A stretch of 64,000 nucleotides of DNA. Origin: Kofleriaceae bacterium. Its GTDB lineage: Bacteria > Myxococcota_A > Polyangia > Haliangiales > Haliangiaceae. The notes beneath the pieces were generated by a model, which saw only the letters and a list, made by a program, of their open reading frames with translations, was not told where the DNA came from and did no database searches. The stretch covers positions 64,001 to 128,000 of the forward strand of contig JASNYD010000004.1 of assembly GCA_048500355.1 (NCBI GenBank), written 5' to 3'. Numbering within the stretch: the first letter of the stretch is position 1; the number at the start of each line of letters is the position of its first letter. The position numbers and the translations under genes are program-made. Positions 56,863 through 64,000 of the stretch are shown here, in pieces.

Positions 56863-58704
56863 TCAGTCGTCGCCCCAGCACTGCTCGCGGCGGCAGTCGA
56901 GGGTCGAGATGAGCTGGCCCTTGTCGTCGAAGTACAGGTTCTCGCTGACCTTGCCGTCGGAGGTGCGCACCAGGCGGACCGCATGCCACGGGCGATCGGG
57001 GCAGCGGACCCCGGTGAAGCAGGCGGTGTAGCGCGCCGGCTGGCCCCGGCGATCGAGCAGGACGACGCCGAACAGGCGATGGCTGTCGTCGTAGAAGTTG
57101 CGACGGATCGCCATGCCGAAGGACTCGAGGAGCTGGCCGGCGGCGTCGAGGTTGTGGGTCTCGGCCAGGTGGTCGTAGTTGTCGTAGATGTAGCGGCGAC
57201 GCACCGTGCTCAGGTTGGTGGTGGGCCGACCGGCGGCGTCGAAGAACGTGCGCTCGCTGATGCGCCCGTGGTCGTCGAAGACGTCGAGGGTGCGGTGGAA
57301 GCCGGTGCCCCCGCACACCACGGCCTCGCCGTCCTCGTCGTGGCACGACTCGCCGACCTGGCGGCCCAGGGGATCGTGGCGGTAGCGGACCTCGGCGACG
57401 CCGTAGGCGGGATCGCCGCGGCGCTCGCCGTCGGTGCCGACGTAGGTGGTGGCGACGACGAAGCCGCGGCGATCGCGGGTGTGGCGGTAGCCGGCCGGCT
57501 CGCCGGGCGAGCACGCCACCGCCTCGCCGGCGCGGCCGCGGCAGTCGCGGGCGATCACGCGGCAGCCGCGGTCGACGCGATCGTGGTGCGCCGACACGTC
57601 CCGCCGCGCCGCGGGCCCACCGTGCTCGTCGAGGAAGCGGCGGACCACCGGGCAGCCCTTGTCGTCGTACTCGGTCGCCGTGACCGCCACGCCGTCGGCG
57701 TCGGCGCGCGCCGCGCCGCGCGCCGTCGTGCAGCGGACCTCGCGCTCCAGCCCGCGGACGTAGGTGTAGCCGAGCACCGCGCAGCCCCGCTGCAGGGCCG
57801 AGGCCGTGGGCGCACCGGCGATGTCGAAGTAGCTCTCGGACCCCACGCGGCCGGCGCCGTCGCGGACGCGGTCGACGCGGTGGACGCCGTCGCGGACCCC
57901 GGCCAGCGGCGCGCCGTCCTTGCCGAAGCGCTCCTCGCGGACGACCAGGCCGTCGCGATCCCGCTGGAAGCGGACCAGCGCCACCCCGTTCTCGTCGCGC
58001 ATCGGCTCGCCCAGCCACTGCAGGCAGCTCTCCGCGACCGGCCACCCGGCGGCGTCGACCGCGACATCGATCGCGCCGCAGCCGTCGAGCGCGTTGCCAC
58101 CGTCGAGCTTGCGCGCGGTGTAGCGACGGCCGGGCGGATCGTAGGTTCGCACCGACGTCACGTCGCCGACGTCGTCGAGCTGCGCCAGCTCGACCAGCGC
58201 GCCGGCGGCGTCGTAGGCGAGGAGCGCGGTCCGATCGACCCGCCCCGCCAGCCGCCACTCGACGCGCACCGGCCGCCCCGCCCGGCGCGCCACCCGGACC
58301 TCGGCCACGTCGCCGGCGTCCGGCGCCGCCGCGCCGCACGCCACCCCGGCCCCGTGCAGCTCGCAGTGGGCATGCCGGGTCACGGTCAGGCCGGCGCTCG
58401 ACGGCGGCCGCACCCGGGTCACGTGCGGCCCTCGCACCGGCTCCTCGAGGAAGAACAGGTCCTCGGTGCCGGCGCGCCGCGGCGTCGGGTACATGCCGTG
58501 CGGGCCGTCCTCGGGCAGGAGCGACGGATCGCGGCTGCCCCCCGGGCCGGGGCCGGGGCCTCCACCGGGCGACGGCGGCACCGTCGCCGACCCCGCGCGC
58601 GGCGGCGGAGCGCCCTGGCGCCGGTCGTCGGCGCGCTCGCCCTTGCAGCCAGCGGCGAGGAGCCCGGCCGCGCCCAGGACCAGGAGCGGGACCACGTACG
58701 TCAC
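56863..58704 (-). CDS. YD-repeat (Rhs-like) lipoprotein
   Basis: VTYVVPLLVLGAAGLLAAGCKGE lipobox. Repeated YD motifs (TYDPPGRRY, YFDIAG, RYRHDPLGR, YIYDNYDHL, FYDDSHRL, LYFDDKGQL). Confidence 0.65.
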   Translation of the reverse strand: MTYVVPLLVLGAAGLLAAGCKGERADDRRQGAPPPRAGSATVPPSPGGGPGPGPGGSRDPSLLPEDGPHGMYPTPRRAGTEDLFFLEEPVRGPHVTRVRPPSSAGLTVTRHAHCELHGAGVACGAAAPDAGDVAEVRVARRAGRPVRVEWRLAGRVDRTALLAYDAAGALVELAQLDDVGDVTSVRTYDPPGRRYTARKLDGGNALDGCGAIDVAVDAAGWPVAESCLQWLGEPMRDENGVALVRFQRDRDGLVVREERFGKDGAPLAGVRDGVHRVDRVRDGAGRVGSESYFDIAGAPTASALQRGCAVLGYTYVRGLEREVRCTTARGAARADADGVAVTATEYDDKGCPVVRRFLDEHGGPAARRDVSAHHDRVDRGCRVIARDCRGRAGEAVACSPGEPAGYRHTRDRRGFVVATTYVGTDGERRGDPAYGVAEVRYRHDPLGRQVGESCHDEDGEAVVCGGTGFHRTLDVFDDHGRISERTFFDAAGRPTTNLSTVRRRYIYDNYDHLAETHNLDAAGQLLESFGMAIRRNFYDDSHRLFGVVLLDRRGQPARYTACFTGVRCPDRPWHAVRLVRTSDGKVSENLYFDDKGQLISTLDCRREQCWGDD

Positions 58705-58740
58705 GCGGTCAGTATAGCTGGTACGCTGCCGCGCCCGCCC

Positions 58741-59727
58741 GTGATCGAGGTCCGCGACCTGAAGAAGCACTTCAAGGTGCACAAGCGTCCTCCGGGGCTG
58801 GGCGCCGCGCTGCGCTCGATCGTCCACCGCACCTACCAGACGGTCGAGGCGGTCGACGGGGTCAGCTTCCGCATCGAGCGCGGCGAGCGGGTCGGGTTCC
58901 TCGGTCCCAACGGCGCCGGCAAGACCACGACCCTCAAGGTGCTGTCGGGGCTCCTCCACCCGACCAGCGGGGAGGTCACGGTCGCCGGCCACCGCCCGCA
59001 GCGGCGGGCCGCCGACTTCCTGCGCCAGATCACCCTGGTCATGGGCCAGAAGCAGCAGCTCATCTGGGACCTGCCGCCGGCCGAGACCTGGACCCTCAAC
59101 CGCGCGGTGTTCGGGGTCAGCCCCGCCGACTTCGACCGCACCCTCGCCGAGCTCACCGAGCTGCTCGAGCTCGGCGAGCTGGCCCAGAAGCCGACCCGCC
59201 AGCTCTCGCTGGGCGAGCGCATGAAGTGCGAGCTGGCGGCCGCGCTCCTGCACCGGCCGACCACGCTGTTCCTCGACGAGCCGACCATCGGCCTCGACGT
59301 GTCGATGCAGGTCACGATCCGCGAGTTCATCCGCGCGTACAACCAGCGCCACGACGCCACGGTCATGCTGACCTCGCACTACATGGACGACGTCGTCGCC
59401 CTGTGCCCGCGGGTGATCGTGATCGACGGCGGCCACATCATCCACGACGGCGACCTGCGGGCGCTGGTCAAGGCCATGCTGCCCGACAAGCGGGTGTCGT
59501 TCTCGGGGGCGGTCGCCGACGACGTCCTGGCCCGGCTCGGCCGCCTGATCAGCCGCGACGGCGCGCGCACCACGCTCGAGGTCCCCGAGGCCCGCCTGCG
59601 CGAGGTCATCGGTCACCTGCTCGACGGCGACGGCATCGGCGACCTCGCGATCGAGGATCCGCCGCTCGAGGACGTCATGCGCAAGCTGTTCAAGGGCAAG
59701 CCCAGCGAGCCACCCGATGCGGGCTGA
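58741..59727 (+). CDS. ABC transporter ATP-binding protein (ABC-2 type)
   Basis: Walker A GPNGAGKTT. Signature LSLGERMKCELAAAL. Walker B LFLDEPTIGLD. H-loop. Confidence 0.9.
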   Translation: MIEVRDLKKHFKVHKRPPGLGAALRSIVHRTYQTVEAVDGVSFRIERGERVGFLGPNGAGKTTTLKVLSGLLHPTSGEVTVAGHRPQRRAADFLRQITLVMGQKQQLIWDLPPAETWTLNRAVFGVSPADFDRTLAELTELLELGELAQKPTRQLSLGERMKCELAAALLHRPTTLFLDEPTIGLDVSMQVTIREFIRAYNQRHDATVMLTSHYMDDVVALCPRVIVIDGGHIIHDGDLRALVKAMLPDKRVSFSGAVADDVLARLGRLISRDGARTTLEVPEARLREVIGHLLDGDGIGDLAIEDPPLEDVMRKLFKGKPSEPPDAG

Positions 59728-60517
59728 GCTACGGGCGATGCCGACGATGCTGCGGGTGGGGCTGGCCGAGACCATCGCCTACCGCGCCGAGATGGTGGTC
59801 TGGATCCTGACCACGACCATGCCGCTGGTCATGCTCGCGCTGTGGTCGAGCGTCGCCGACGAGGCGCCGTTCCGCCAGTACACCCAGACCGACTTCGTCG
59901 CCTACTACCTGGGCGCGCTCATCGTCCGCAACCTGACCAGCAACTGGGTGGCGTGGCAGCTCAGCGAGGAGATCCGGCTGGGGACGCTGTCGATGCGCCT
60001 CCTGCGCCCGGTCCACCCCTTCGCCAGCTTCCTCGCCACCCACCTCGCCGCCCTGCCCCTGCGCGCGCTGGTGGTGACGCCGGCGATCGTCATCCTCGTC
60101 CTGACCGAGGCCCGCGCCGTGCTCATCGACGACGCCGGGCGCGCCGGCCTGCTGGCGCTGTCCCTGGCCGGGGCCTGGCTCCTGACCTTCGGCGTCTTCC
60201 TCGCCATCGGCGCCCTCGCCTTCTTCCTCGAGAAGTCGCTGGCGCTCATCGAGGTCTACTTCGGGGTCTTCATGCTGATGAGCGGCTACATCATCCCGCT
60301 CGATCTGATGCCGGGCTGGATGCGCACCACCGCCGAGTGGCTGCCCTTCCGCTACATGCTGGGGGCGCCGGTCGAGCTCCTGATCGGCCGCTACCCGGAC
60401 GCCGCCGCCGCGGCCCCCCTGGTGGCGACGCAGTGGGCGTGGGCGATCGGCATGCTGGGGGTGGCCGGCCTGGCCTGGCGCGCCGGCGTGCGCCGCTTCG
60501 AGGCCTACGGGGCGTGA
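59717..60517 (+). CDS. ABC-2 family transporter permease
   Basis: 6 TM, start overlapping the ATPase gene end. Confidence 0.7.
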   Translation: MRAELRAMPTMLRVGLAETIAYRAEMVVWILTTTMPLVMLALWSSVADEAPFRQYTQTDFVAYYLGALIVRNLTSNWVAWQLSEEIRLGTLSMRLLRPVHPFASFLATHLAALPLRALVVTPAIVILVLTEARAVLIDDAGRAGLLALSLAGAWLLTFGVFLAIGALAFFLEKSLALIEVYFGVFMLMSGYIIPLDLMPGWMRTTAEWLPFRYMLGAPVELLIGRYPDAAAAAPLVATQWAWAIGMLGVAGLAWRAGVRRFEAYGA

Positions 60518-61314
60518 CCGTGCGCCCCGGCTACTACCTGCGGGTGCTGGCGGTGTCGATGCGCACGTCGCTGGTGACCGCGATGCAGTACCGCGCCGAC
60601 TTCCTCGTCCAGGGCGCGATGTCGCTCCTGTGGACCGGGCTGGCGCTGTTCCCGTTGCTCGTCCTCTACGGCGATCGCGACACCGTCGCCGGCTGGGACT
60701 TCGCCCCGGCGCTGGTCGTGCTCGGGCTGTTCACGCTCATGCGCGGCGTGCTCGAGGGCGCGATCAACCCGTCGCTGATGGCGGTGATCGAGCGCATCCG
60801 CACCGGCGCCTTCGACTACACCCTGCTCAAGCCCGCCGACGCCCAGTTCCTGGTCTCGACCACCCGCTTCGCGCCGTGGCACGTCATCGACGTCCTCGCC
60901 GGCGCCGGCCTCGTCGCCTACGCCTTCACCCGCCTCGGGCGCGCTCCGGGCGTGGCCGAGATCGCGGCGACCCTGGCGCTCCTGGCCGCGGCGGTCGCGG
61001 TCATGTACTCGCTGTGGATCCTGATCGTCGCCGCCGCCTTCTGGGTGGTGCGGATGGACAACCTGGCCTTCCTCCTCGGCGCGGTCTTCGACGCCGCGCG
61101 CTGGCCCATCCACGTCTTCAAGGGCGCCTGGCGCTTCGTCTTCACCTTCATCATCCCGCTCGCGCTCATGACCAGCTACCCGGCGATGGCGCTCCTGGGC
61201 ACGCTGACGGTCGAGGCCGCCCTCGCCTGCCTCGGCGGCGCCGCCGCCTTCTTCGCCCTGGCGCGCGCGGTCTGGCTCCTGGCCATCCGCAACTACACCT
61301 CGGCCTCGAGCTGA
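60514..61314 (+). CDS. ABC-2 family transporter permease (second)
   Basis: GTGA-overlapped start. 6 TM. Paralogous to the previous permease. Confidence 0.7.
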   Translation: MTVRPGYYLRVLAVSMRTSLVTAMQYRADFLVQGAMSLLWTGLALFPLLVLYGDRDTVAGWDFAPALVVLGLFTLMRGVLEGAINPSLMAVIERIRTGAFDYTLLKPADAQFLVSTTRFAPWHVIDVLAGAGLVAYAFTRLGRAPGVAEIAATLALLAAAVAVMYSLWILIVAAAFWVVRMDNLAFLLGAVFDAARWPIHVFKGAWRFVFTFIIPLALMTSYPAMALLGTLTVEAALACLGGAAAFFALARAVWLLAIRNYTSASS

Positions 61315-61436
61315 CGGCCGCGGCGCGCGAGGCCGCTCACGCTCGTCACGTCCAGGGACGAAGCGCACCGACATGTGCGGACGCCGGTGGTGTCGCAGCC
61401 GGAGGGATGCCGGTACAGTCGTCCCCGGAGGAGACC

Positions 61437-62357
61437 ATGGCCAAGGACGCACCCTCGCTGCCGAGCCGCGAGCCCCCCGCCAAGCCGGGCCGCCGCTTCC
61501 CGTTCCGCCTGTGGGCCTACGCGATCCTGATGACCGCGGCGACCGGGGGCGCCGGCTACCTGGCGTGGACGCTGCGCGCGGACAACCAGCACAAGGACCG
61601 CGCCTACCAGGCGTGCGCGGGTGCGCTGGCGCCGGCGCAGGCCGAGGCCCGCGCCGCCGGCGAGCGCGCGACCACGTGCGAGGGCGAGCTGGGCAAGGTC
61701 GCGGCCCAGGCCCGGGCCAACGACGAGCAGCTCGCCAAGATGCAGAGCAACCTGTCGGCGACCCGGGACGAGCTGACCGCGCTGCGCGCGCAGCGGGTCG
61801 AAGCCGAGAAGCGGCTGGCGGCGATCGCCGAGATCCAGGCCCAGTTCGCGAAGATGATCGACACCGGGCAGCTCAAGGTCGCGGCCCGGCGCGGCAGCCT
61901 GGTGGTCGAGCTGCCGGCCGAGGTCCTGTTCCCGTCGGGCTCGGCCGAGCTGTCGGAGAAGGGCCAGATCGCGGTGCTCGAGGTCGGGGTCGTGCTCAAG
62001 CAGTTCCCCGACCGCCGCTTCCTCGTCGTCGGCCACACCGACGCGGTCCCGCTCAAGAACAGCGTGTTCAAGGACAACTGGGAGCTGTCGACGGCGCGCG
62101 CCCTGACCGTCACCCGCTTCCTGGCCAAGGCCGGCATGAAGCCCGACTCGCTGGTGCCGGCCGGCGCCGGCGAGCACGATCCGGTCACCGGCAACGCCAG
62201 CGCCACCGATCGCCAGCGCAACCGCCGGATCGAGATCCAGCTCCTGCCGGCGATCACCGAGCTGCCGCCGCTGCCGGCCAACCTCGGCGAGGCCGCGCCG
62301 GCTCCGGCCGCGCCGGCCCCCGCCGCGCCGGCCCCCGCCGCGCCGGCCCCCGGGTGA
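61437..62357 (+). CDS. OmpA/MotB-family protein with N-terminal TM and coiled coil; C-terminal (PAPAA)n tail
   Basis: OmpA-like domain LVVGHTDAVPLKNSVFKDNWELSTARALTVTRFL...NRRIEI. Confidence 0.8.
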   Translation: MAKDAPSLPSREPPAKPGRRFPFRLWAYAILMTAATGGAGYLAWTLRADNQHKDRAYQACAGALAPAQAEARAAGERATTCEGELGKVAAQARANDEQLAKMQSNLSATRDELTALRAQRVEAEKRLAAIAEIQAQFAKMIDTGQLKVAARRGSLVVELPAEVLFPSGSAELSEKGQIAVLEVGVVLKQFPDRRFLVVGHTDAVPLKNSVFKDNWELSTARALTVTRFLAKAGMKPDSLVPAGAGEHDPVTGNASATDRQRNRRIEIQLLPAITELPPLPANLGEAAPAPAAPAPAAPAPAAPAPG

Positions 62358-62373
62358 CGGCGCGGGCCGCGAC

Positions 62374-63225
62374 GTGGCCGCGTACCGCCTGACGATCACG
62401 CGCATCGCGCCGGCGCTGCCGGCGCAGGCGTCGTCGTCGTATCGCCTGCTGGCGCCCGGCGACGGGCTCCCGGTGGCCTTCGCCGCCTGCCTGTTCGGCG
62501 ACGGCGACGGCCGGCGCGCCGAGCGCGAGGGCCGGGCCGCGGCGTCGCGTCACGCGCGCGGCCCCGTCGAGGTCGAGGTGACGTGGACGACGGTCGGCGG
62601 CGACCAGCCCGATCCCCACGCGGCGGCGGCGATCGCCTCGGCGCTGGCCGAGCTCGCCGCCCTGACCGCCGAGGTCGACACCCTCGCGGCGCGGGTCCGC
62701 GCCGCCTACCCGGACCAGGTCGCGTGCCGCCGGGGCTGCGACGCCTGCTGCCGCCAGCCGGTCGGGGTGTCGCGGATCGAGGCGGCGCGCCTGGCGGCGG
62801 CCGTGGCCGCGCTCCCCGCCGCCGCCCGCGCCGCCCTGGCCGCCACCGTCGCCGGCGCCACCGCCGCCCGCGCCGCCGGCGACGACGGCGCGCCGTGCGG
62901 GGCCCTGGCCGCCGACGGCGCCTGCCAGCTCTATGCCGATCGCCCGCTGGTGTGCCGCAGCCACGGCCTGGTCCACGCCCTGCCCCCGGCCGCGCCTTCT
63001 CGTCCGCATTCCGGACGTTCGTTGCCGGTCCTGGAGCGGAGCTGCACCCTCAACTTCGGCGGCGCGCTGCCGGCCGTCGAGCACGCCTACGACGCCGAGG
63101 CCTGGAGCCAGCGCTTGCTCGCCGCCGACGCCGCGCTGGCCGCCGCCCTCGACCTCGCCGCCGCGCCCGCCGTCGGTCGCGGGCTGGCCCTGGCCGACGT
63201 CCTGGCGGCGCTGGTCCCGACCTGA
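62374..63225 (+). CDS. YkgJ-family cysteine-cluster protein (putative Zn/Fe-binding)
   Basis: CRRGCDACCRQ and CGAL...GACQLY...CRSHG motifs. Confidence 0.5.
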   Translation: MAAYRLTITRIAPALPAQASSSYRLLAPGDGLPVAFAACLFGDGDGRRAEREGRAAASRHARGPVEVEVTWTTVGGDQPDPHAAAAIASALAELAALTAEVDTLAARVRAAYPDQVACRRGCDACCRQPVGVSRIEAARLAAAVAALPAAARAALAATVAGATAARAAGDDGAPCGALAADGACQLYADRPLVCRSHGLVHALPPAAPSRPHSGRSLPVLERSCTLNFGGALPAVEHAYDAEAWSQRLLAADAALAAALDLAAAPAVGRGLALADVLAALVPT

Positions 63226-63339
63226 CGCCGGGCGGATCGCGGCCCGCCGGCCGCAGGCGCGGCGGCGAGCCGGCCGCGGGCGCGGAACGCCGCCCCCGCC
63301 CTGCCCGGCACCAGATCCGCTGTGGTCGGCGCTCGATGT

Positions 63340-63610
63340 CGGCCTGAGCCGCCCGAGCGCCGTCGGAGATTGCGGGAAACGATCGGCGAGCCACTCTCTC
63401 CGGCCGGCCTGAGCCGCCGAGCGCGGTCGGAGATTGCGGGAAACGATCGGCGAGCCACTCTCTCCGGTCGGCCTGAGCCGCCCGAGCGCTAGCGAGGGCG
63501 TGTCGAAGGCCGACGAGCCGCGGCCCCGCGCGAGCGCTGTCCGGCGCTTGCCAGCGCCGTTCGTCAGGAGCCGTCCGAGCGCCAGCGAGGCGTGTCGAAG
63601 GCCCGTCCAC
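63340..63610. repeat. Inverted, diverged copy of the 37-38 kb repeat family (2-3 units of ~65 bp plus spacer homologue)
   Basis: TGAGCCGCCgagcgcggtcgGAGATTGCGGGAAACGATCGGCGAGCCACTCTCTCCGGTCGGCC is a reverse-complement relative of the 68-bp unit. The adjacent cgctagcgagggcgtgtcgaaggccgac...cgccgttcgtcaggagc matches the reverse complement of the bcp-downstream spacer. Confidence 0.5.
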
Positions 63611-63649
63611 CCTCGCTCGCCACCGCAGGGCGCCGCGGCCCCGGCGCCG

Positions 63650-64000
63650 CTACCGCCGCGACTGCCGCAGCCGCCACAGCACGGCCTGCAGCCGGTCCGC
63701 GAGCGCGAGCACCTCCGCGAGGTCCGCGGCGTCGACGTGGCCCCAGGCGGCGGCGATCCGCGCGTGTGTCACCGCCTCGGCGGCCTCCGCCGACGCGATG
63801 CGGAACGCGTGCAGCCGGTCGCCGCCGCTGCGCCGGCCGCCCTCGGCGGTGTTGGCGGCGGCGCTCGTCGCGGCGCGGCGCATCTGGCCGGCGAGGTCCT
63901 TGTCCCGCGGCGCGACCCGCTCGACGACGGGCCGGATGGCGGCGATGAGCTCCATGGCGATCCGGGCGACGAAACATGCTGGGTCTCCTGGTCGGGTGGT
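63650..64000 (-). CDS. Four-helix-bundle protein (23S rRNA intervening-sequence protein family), 5' end beyond window
   Basis: QMRRAATSAAANTAEG matches the family motif RRAA.SI..NIAEG. The frame stays open to the window edge. Confidence 0.6.
   Translation of the reverse strand, partial: TTRPGDPACFVARIAMELIAAIRPVVERVAPRDKDLAGQMRRAATSAAANTAEGGRRSGGDRLHAFRIASAEAAEAVTHARIAAAWGHVDAADLAEVLALADRLQAVLWRLRQSRR

Noticed and set aside
56809-58740. N-terminal 640 aa of plus ORF 56809..59727
   Set aside because: ABC ATPase homology starts at 58741 (VIEVRDLKKHF). The opposite strand encodes a YD-repeat lipoprotein with a proper signal peptide.

Overview
This is a ~75% GC window, with codon usage and gene content typical of a myxobacterium-like deltaproteobacterial chromosome. 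The gene content is typical of myxobacteria. It has two large Ser/Thr kinase-AAA-TPR (STAND) proteins plus a partial third kinase, two ECF sigma/anti-sigma modules, many lipoproteins and sigma-54 control.

Most long six-frame ORFs are antisense high-GC artefacts. Real genes were picked from recognisable motifs and are often internal to the listed ORFs. Coordinates computed from the ORF track may be off by ±1-3 nt at starts.

Main blocks, in order:
- 1-8.1 kb: a partial Ser/Thr kinase; a secreted transglutaminase-elicitor-like protein carrying a Pep-13-like VWNQP motif and a C-terminal P-domain; pheA; a GH5 + MBL-hydrolase pair; a lipoprotein.
- 8.1-13.5 kb: a sulfide/persulfide detox island. 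It holds split YeeE/YedE, TauE/SafE, a sigma-54 activator, ETHE1-like persulfide dioxygenase, rhodanese and tandem UspA. A GTTTCA-N4-GTTTCA direct repeat sits upstream of both transcription units, and a -24/-12 promoter sits before the dioxygenase.
- 13.6-20.1 kb: a Pkn-STAND kinase flanked by five translationally coupled small lipoprotein paralogs.
- 20.1-28 kb: tandem CPA-type antiporter-like proteins; a divergent PPK2 / CHAD pair; a norspermidine pair (CANSDH + nspC).
- 28-36 kb: a PHM/DBH-like lipoprotein; an RNB-domain protein with non-canonical catalytic residues; the second kinase with a divergent ECF sigma.
- 36.3-38.6 kb: a Bcp peroxiredoxin with a histone-H1-like (AKKPA)x10 tail. It is followed by ~20 copies of a 68-bp hairpin-containing tandem repeat in two segmentally duplicated arrays.
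- 38.6-47.8 kb: an atypical OmpR-type regulator with Cys at the phospho-Asp site, then a split SOS mutasome. The order is imuA-imuB | inserted membrane protein + lipoprotein | dnaE2. Near-identical CTG(A/T)TCATA(T/C)GTTCAG boxes lie upstream of imuA and dnaE2.
- 47.9-53.1 kb: a Pro-rich protein + JmjC cupin operon, then a J-domain protein + Hsp70 + winged-HTH regulator.
- 53.2-62.4 kb: an ECF sigma/FecR operon with accessory lipoproteins; a YD-repeat lipoprotein divergent from an ABC-2 transporter + OmpA-like protein.
- 62.4-64 kb: a YkgJ-type Cys-cluster protein; an inverted diverged copy of the 37-38 kb repeat family; a partial four-helix-bundle protein.

No rRNA, tRNA or CRISPR could be supported.
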